Part shown: in pieces, positions 59,846 to 64,000 of the stretch | Numbering within the stretch: position 1 is the stretch's first letter | How the letters are laid out: each line of letters begins with the position of its first letter | Assembly: GCA_011364985.1 (NCBI GenBank) | Contig: RDOC01000005.1 | Coordinates: 42,052 to 106,051 of the forward strand | Reading direction: 5' to 3' | DNA: 64,000 nt | DNA from: Candidatus Thorarchaeota archaeon | GTDB taxonomy: Archaea > Asgardarchaeota > Thorarchaeia > Thorarchaeales > Thorarchaeaceae | The notes under the pieces: model-generated | What the model was told of the DNA's origin: nothing | The model's input: only the letters and a program-made list of their open reading frames with translations | The model's database searches: none | Made by a program: the position numbers and the translations under genes

Positions 59846-60106
59846 GTGAATGCAGGTCGGCCAATGGAGCTACTCCAGAAATCGATAGGGGCTCAAGTGC
59901 TTGTGGAGCTCAAAGGAAGAAGAAAGATCAAGGGACGCTTGCTCGGATTCGACCAGCACTTGAATCTCGTCCTCGAGGGCGCAGATGAAATCTACATGAA
60001 TCCTGAAACTGAAGAAGAAATTGTGACACACATTGAGAACGTCGTTGTTCGAGGCGATAATGTTGTCATAGTTTCGCCACCCCCGAAAAAGAGCAAGAAG
60101 GAGTAG
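59846..60106 (+). CDS. Sm-like archaeal protein (SmAP1)
   Basis: RPMELLQKSIG...VELKG...GRLLGFDQHLNLVL...VVRGDNV; GTG start after a GGTGA SD; precedes rpl37e. Confidence 0.95.
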   Translation: MNAGRPMELLQKSIGAQVLVELKGRRKIKGRLLGFDQHLNLVLEGADEIYMNPETEEEIVTHIENVVVRGDNVVIVSPPPKKSKKE

Positions 60107-60113
60107 GCGATAA

Positions 60114-60302
60114 ATGGGTAAAGGCACGCCATCAAAGGGTAAGAAGAACAATCCACATCACATTAGATGCAGAAGATGCGGTCGTAGGTCTTACCATGTG
60201 AGACACAAGCAGTGTGCAGCCTGCGGATACGGTGCCTCAGCCAAAATTCGTCAATATAGTTGGTCTCACAAGAAGTACTATGGTCCTCGAATAAAGGGAT
60301 AA
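60114..60302 (+). CDS. rpl37e: 50S ribosomal protein L37e
   Basis: MGKGTPS...[13 protein letters not shown]...CAACGYG. Confidence 0.97.
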   Translation: MGKGTPSKGKKNNPHHIRCRRCGRRSYHVRHKQCAACGYGASAKIRQYSWSHKKYYGPRIKG

Positions 60303-60324
60303 GCAGTTTCGGCTGTTTTTCTCT
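60301..60324 (+). terminator. UUCG hairpin plus U-tract after rpl37e
   Basis: AAGCAGT-TTCG-GCTGTTT followed by TTCTCT. Confidence 0.6.
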
Positions 60325-60439
60325 AATTCGAAAGCTCAGAAAGCAAGCCAATCATCTTCTGTCGGTTTGAAGCTACTTCATTGCATCAATAGCTTATTCT
60401 CAGAGAAATCCTATATATTATGACCTTCTTGAAATCGTA

Positions 60440-60599
60440 ATACTTCAGGAATACAACGACGAGTCCGACTGCACGATTGACATGTGCTCTCCATAGCCGT
60501 TCTCGGGCTCCCCACCTGGCTGTGGGTCGTCAGGATGGTTGGGTCCTGTCTGGAGAGGTCCGTGAGGAGGGTGATACCATGAATTCCTTGAGAATTCAC
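60440..60599 (-). pseudogene. Frameshifted remnant of a cassette anchor (third copy)
   Basis: IHGITLLTDLSRQDP, then after a 1-nt deletion NHPDDPQPGGEPENG, versus LHDILLEVDLSRHDPNHPDDPPLSGDPEEG in the 61261-62106 ORF. Confidence 0.75.
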
Positions 60600-61271
60600 C
60601 TAGTCTAATTCCACATCATTATTAGAAACAGAAGTGCTTTGTTCTGACGCATTTTGTGAAATGATGAGCAGGTACCCTCCGCCTACACAAATGATGACTG
60701 GAACCAAGAAACCAATAAGCAGGGAATAGGTCAGACACAAGGCAGGCATGAATACCATCAGCAGCATCACGAAGCTGCACAGAATGATCACAGCAATCAT
60801 ATACAGCCTGACGCTCTTAAGAGCCGAGGCAGAGAATTCTGGTGTCGGAGGCTTCGGAAGTTCACCCTTGGTCCTGCCTTTTGTGATAGAGGAAATCTCT
60901 CGTACTTTCGCCCAGGTAAGCAGAATAGGTGCAGCGAAACAGAATAATACAGTAAATGGAGTAATTGGTGTCAGAGATGGTTCCAATTCCAGTAGCATGG
61001 AGAATGAGGCGAGAATTCCGAATTCAATCAAAACCCACCCCCAAATGAATAGACTCAACCAAATAGCCCACCACTTCTTTATGTCTTCACGATAGAGCCT
61101 GTAAACTCCTCTGGCGAAACCAAAGGCGGACTTCTTTGTATCACTGCCCTTCATTTGTTTCTCAGATTCCTCCACTGTCTGATCAACAATCTCGTTTCCG
61201 AGAAAGGCGATCAAAACGCCCGCGATAAGTACCGACTGAATAATGAGGTTCATTTTATAATCAAGCTCCAT
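60600..61271 (-). CDS. Membrane protein, candidate cognate immunity/partner of the 61261-62106 cassette
   Basis: About 5 TMs; start overlaps the upstream cassette stop by 11 nt. Confidence 0.7.
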   Translation of the reverse strand: MELDYKMNLIIQSVLIAGVLIAFLGNEIVDQTVEESEKQMKGSDTKKSAFGFARGVYRLYREDIKKWWAIWLSLFIWGWVLIEFGILASFSMLLELEPSLTPITPFTVLFCFAAPILLTWAKVREISSITKGRTKGELPKPPTPEFSASALKSVRLYMIAVIILCSFVMLLMVFMPALCLTYSLLIGFLVPVIICVGGGYLLIISQNASEQSTSVSNNDVELD

Positions 61272-62106
61272 AATTATAGAAGTGCGGTGCGTATATGGTC
61301 ACAAAAACGACAAACAGCAGTACAAAGACAAACCTGCTCCATTTTGTGAATTGGATGGCAGCCTTGATCGCTTCGAATGTCGTCTTCATGGCCCAGGCAA
61401 GGGTCTTTAGAATCGCTGTGGCTCCAATGCCCCCTATGGTTTTTAATCCTGCTGCGATGCATAAACAAGATATTCCTAAGGTGAGAAAGAACCAAGCAGC
61501 TGCTCCTGCTGCCCATATGCCATTATCCACTAACAAATGTGCATTCCACCATGCCAACCCGAGTGTGATAGCCATGACACCCACCACAACTGCAATTTCA
61601 CCCCAACCTGTCGGAATCTTCTCAGCTATAGCGCATGCTAATATCAATGCGTAAATCCATCCGTAAATCCCGGCCATGAATGCCCCTATCCACATTGCGT
61701 TAATGAAGTCGTCCTCATTGAGTCCCATTGAGTCTGATTCATACACCACTGTGTCGCCCAAGAGGTCCACAGCCATGTGAAAGATGGTCTGAGTAACTAC
61801 CAAGAAGTGCAGTAACGGCCACGGACCTGTCCATTCAGTCTCAACCTCTTCCGTAGCATCTGATAGATGGGTGTCCACCTCGGCCTGCGTTCTTGGTGAG
61901 AATCCTTGTTCTGTTCCATCGAAGTCATTGCCCTCCTCGGGGTCTCCGCTGAGCGGCGGGTCGTCAGGGTGATTGGGGTCGTGTCTGGAGAGGTCCACCT
62001 CCAGCAGGATGTCGTGGAGGCGAATATACAGTTGGGTGTATCTACTGTAAAGGCAGTTCATGCCTCTTGCATTCTTGATAATCAATTCAAATGGAACTCT
62101 TACCAA
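61261..62106 (-). CDS. Variable multi-TM C-terminal cassette (candidate orphan toxin CT)
   Basis: Anchor DLSRHDPNHP...TGPWPLLH...HMAVDLL, then 4-5 Gly/Ala-rich hydrophobic helices; the N-terminal start is doubtful. Confidence 0.7.
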   Translation of the reverse strand: MVRVPFELIIKNARGMNCLYSRYTQLYIRLHDILLEVDLSRHDPNHPDDPPLSGDPEEGNDFDGTEQGFSPRTQAEVDTHLSDATEEVETEWTGPWPLLHFLVVTQTIFHMAVDLLGDTVVYESDSMGLNEDDFINAMWIGAFMAGIYGWIYALILACAIAEKIPTGWGEIAVVVGVMAITLGLAWWNAHLLVDNGIWAAGAAAWFFLTLGISCLCIAAGLKTIGGIGATAILKTLAWAMKTTFEAIKAAIQFTKWSRFVFVLLFVVFVTIYAPHFYNYGA

Positions 62107-62635
62107 GAATTGACCTTGCGGCCTCGCCTATGGCATCATCTCTATCACTCAAGTAGCGTATCAGTCTCCCATAATCTGCTTTCAGCAATCTCCTATCATG
62201 GATACATCTTTCTATCTCAAGGTTGAGAATTGCTTCTGAGAAAGGCACCATCTTCGCTCTGGCCTGAAGATAGCCTTCAAAGGTCTTCAATGGGTCTACA
62301 TCTGCTCTCATATGAAAGAACCCCGGCAGAACTCTTGTCATGGCAAACAGGGCAAAGAGTACAATGGCTCCATACACACGAAATATCAGGTATCCACTCA
62401 AAGTGACTAAAGCTAGCTGCGCCAACGTACTCGCCCACCATCGCTTCGCATATTCGTTCGTCCTTGAACGGCGTGATTGAATCATGGCCTCATACACTTC
62501 TGGATCATCTGGAAACTCCATTCTGAACGTCGTTGCTTTGTCGAATGCTCTGTCTGACCACCAGAGAAGCGCGGCAGAAAGAACAATGAGGCCAAAGCCC
62601 AAGAACTGTTCAACCTGTGTGCCTAGCTCCTGCAT
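62087..62635 (-). CDS. Membrane protein, candidate orphan immunity/partner gene
   Basis: About 3 TMs plus a soluble C-terminus; the ATG directly abuts the TAG of an upstream cassette remnant (TAGATG). Confidence 0.7.
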   Translation of the reverse strand: MQELGTQVEQFLGFGLIVLSAALLWWSDRAFDKATTFRMEFPDDPEVYEAMIQSRRSRTNEYAKRWWASTLAQLALVTLSGYLIFRVYGAIVLFALFAMTRVLPGFFHMRADVDPLKTFEGYLQARAKMVPFSEAILNLEIERCIHDRRLLKADYGRLIRYLSDRDDAIGEAARSILGKSSI

Positions 62636-62758
62636 CTAGATGCCCCCATAATAGCATTCATAGTGATGGTATGCTGCCATTCCGAATATCGCCATCAGTA
62701 GCAATACCACTAATCTAGTGAACTTTAAGGTTTTGCAAAATCCTCTGATGACTAGCTT
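62636..62758 (-). pseudogene. C-terminal 40-codon remnant of another cassette
   Basis: KLVIRGFCKTLKFTRLVVLLLMAIFGMAAYHHYECYYGGI* resembles the 61261 ORF end (QFTKWSRFVFVLLFVVFVTIYAPHFYNYGA*); no anchor and no plausible start. Confidence 0.6.
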
Positions 62759-62764
62759 CTACTG

Positions 62765-63214
62765 CTATTCCTCCTCATCCATAGGGTATTCCAACTTCAC
62801 TATTCCGCTCTCCACGAAGTCCTTCAACCTATCCTTCACATCTGGACGTTTAAATCGACTTCTAAGAAGAGGGTACTTCATCATGAAGAACATGATGAAT
62901 CCAATGAAGGTCACCAACACAAAGCCACTGATGATGATGACACCCCCTCCTGAGATATAGAGTATGTTGATGATTCGATTCCAAGCCTCAGGATCATGCT
63001 TGTACCGTTCATAGATGCTTTTCCTAACGCCTGTCAGCTCCAATACTCCTTCTTGGTGACCGCGTTGAGATATCCACTCATTCTTAATTCCCTGTATAAC
63101 CGGTCTTTCCAGTGCTTCGCTAATCTCCTGTAATATAGTCCCGAGAACGAAGACCAATATACCTGTCCCTCCAACTGACCACAGGTATGTCAAGAATCCC
63201 AATAAATCCTGCAT
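62765..63214 (-). CDS. Membrane protein, candidate cognate immunity/partner of the 63231-64000 cassette
   Basis: 2-3 TMs; GAGGTGAG SD; starts 16 nt after the cassette stop. Confidence 0.72.
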   Translation of the reverse strand: MQDLLGFLTYLWSVGGTGILVFVLGTILQEISEALERPVIQGIKNEWISQRGHQEGVLELTGVRKSIYERYKHDPEAWNRIINILYISGGGVIIISGFVLVTFIGFIMFFMMKYPLLRSRFKRPDVKDRLKDFVESGIVKLEYPMDEEE

Positions 63215-63230
63215 GTGCTCACCTCACAGA

Positions 63231-64000
63231 TCATGATCCTGCCAGATTCCAATAATACATCATAGCTACCAGGGACGCCGCGATCATAGTACCAATAAAG
63301 AATGCAGTGAATCCTCCAAACGAAACACCTATCTTCGTTCCTGGGCTGTATCCCAAACGGTCTTGAGCAAATCGGAACATGTCTGACGCTTTCTGTTGGA
63401 CTTCATTATTGAAGTTTTTCTTGCCCCGCTGATTAAGGGCGTCAAACACCATCGCGCCTATGCCCAACCAAAACACAAATGCTACGGAAATTCCGAACTG
63501 TTCTCGCAACCTCTCGCCTAACCACCATGCTCCAGCAAGAGTTACAGCTGCACACAAGATTCCTATACTTAATACCCCGAGTGAAAAGCTCGAATCGACC
63601 ACCATGAAAGAATAAAGCGCTGCATTGAATCCCTTGGAAATAGCTGTAGCAACTACCGCATCCAATCCGAGCATGAGTGCAGCCATCACGATCTCCCATT
63701 GCTCCTCCGTAATTCCAAATAGCTGTAGAGCCCATGTGATAAGAAATAGGTCTACGATGTTGATATTTCTAAGCAAGTCGATTGTGATATGGACAATACA
63801 GGAAAACGTGCTTGTTGGATCTAATACTATCAGATGAAAGAGGGGCCACGGTCCGGTCAAGTCGAATCTGACCAGTTCCTGAGCAGCCGTACATAGATCA
63901 TTGTCGCATTGTTGAAGATTGGCTTCTGTTGCAATTCCTTTCGTCGTCCCATCATAGATTTGCTCCTCGCCGGGGTGGTTGGGGTCGTGTCTGGAGAGGT
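63231..64000 (-). CDS. Variable multi-TM C-terminal domain with conserved anchor (partial, frame open past window end)
   Basis: The frame continues upstream of the listed ORF: LSRHDPNHPGEEQIYDG...VRFDLTGPWPLFH...HITIDLL, then hydrophobic helices. Confidence 0.75.
   Translation of the reverse strand, partial: LSRHDPNHPGEEQIYDGTTKGIATEANLQQCDNDLCTAAQELVRFDLTGPWPLFHLIVLDPTSTFSCIVHITIDLLRNINIVDLFLITWALQLFGITEEQWEIVMAALMLGLDAVVATAISKGFNAALYSFMVVDSSFSLGVLSIGILCAAVTLAGAWWLGERLREQFGISVAFVFWLGIGAMVFDALNQRGKKNFNNEVQQKASDMFRFAQDRLGYSPGTKIGVSFGGFTAFFIGTMIAASLVAMMYYWNLAGS

Larger units (their letters stand above)
60524..64000. repeat. Dispersed GC-rich direct repeat (3 copies: 60524-60561, 61958-61996, 63973-64000)
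   Basis: TTGGGGTCGTGTCTGGAGAGGT is identical at 61973-61994 and 63979-64000; TGTCTGGAGAGGTCC recurs at 60547-60561. Confidence 0.9.

Noticed and set aside
60524-64000. Repeats as a CRISPR array or IS ends
   Set aside because: Spacing is 1.4-2 kb, the copies are direct and in coding frame, and no cas, transposase or integrase gene is in the window.

Overview
A 64-kb archaeal chromosome segment, almost certainly from an Asgard archaeon (two profilin-like genes, rpl38e, Alba, aCPSF1, proteasome beta subunit). Thorarchaeia is plausible, but that is an inference. Left part: transporters and regulators, an M42 peptidase pseudogene, a hidden operon of four ~30-36-aa peptides with their own ribosome-binding sites, tandem profilins, an OPT transporter, and a MoxR/DUF58/DUF4350 operon led by a 2122-aa pseudo-transglutaminase with ~14 Ig-like repeats. 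Middle: acyl-CoA ligase/FabH-like/MaoC cluster, thrC, nop2, nip7, PAC2, a catalytically dead Hel308-like SWIM protein, sucCD, rpl40e, tRNA-Val(CAC) with a T-loop BHB intron, and rpl38e. Then the conserved truD-pth2-GGR-pus10-rpl21e-rpo4-DUF655-ksgA-hemK2-FKBP-psmB-aCPSF1 block, sepF, a wHTH-helicase, PUA, Sm and rpl37e. The last 3.6 kb is an array of variable multi-TM C-terminal cassettes that share a conserved GC-rich anchor (DLSRHDPNHP...TGPWPL). Each cassette is translationally coupled to a distinct small membrane protein, the architecture of polymorphic toxin/immunity orphan arrays. That array and the micro-peptide operon are the best candidates for undescribed systems. No rRNA, CRISPR, transposase or integrase was seen. 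All family calls come from motif recognition by eye; no database searches were run.
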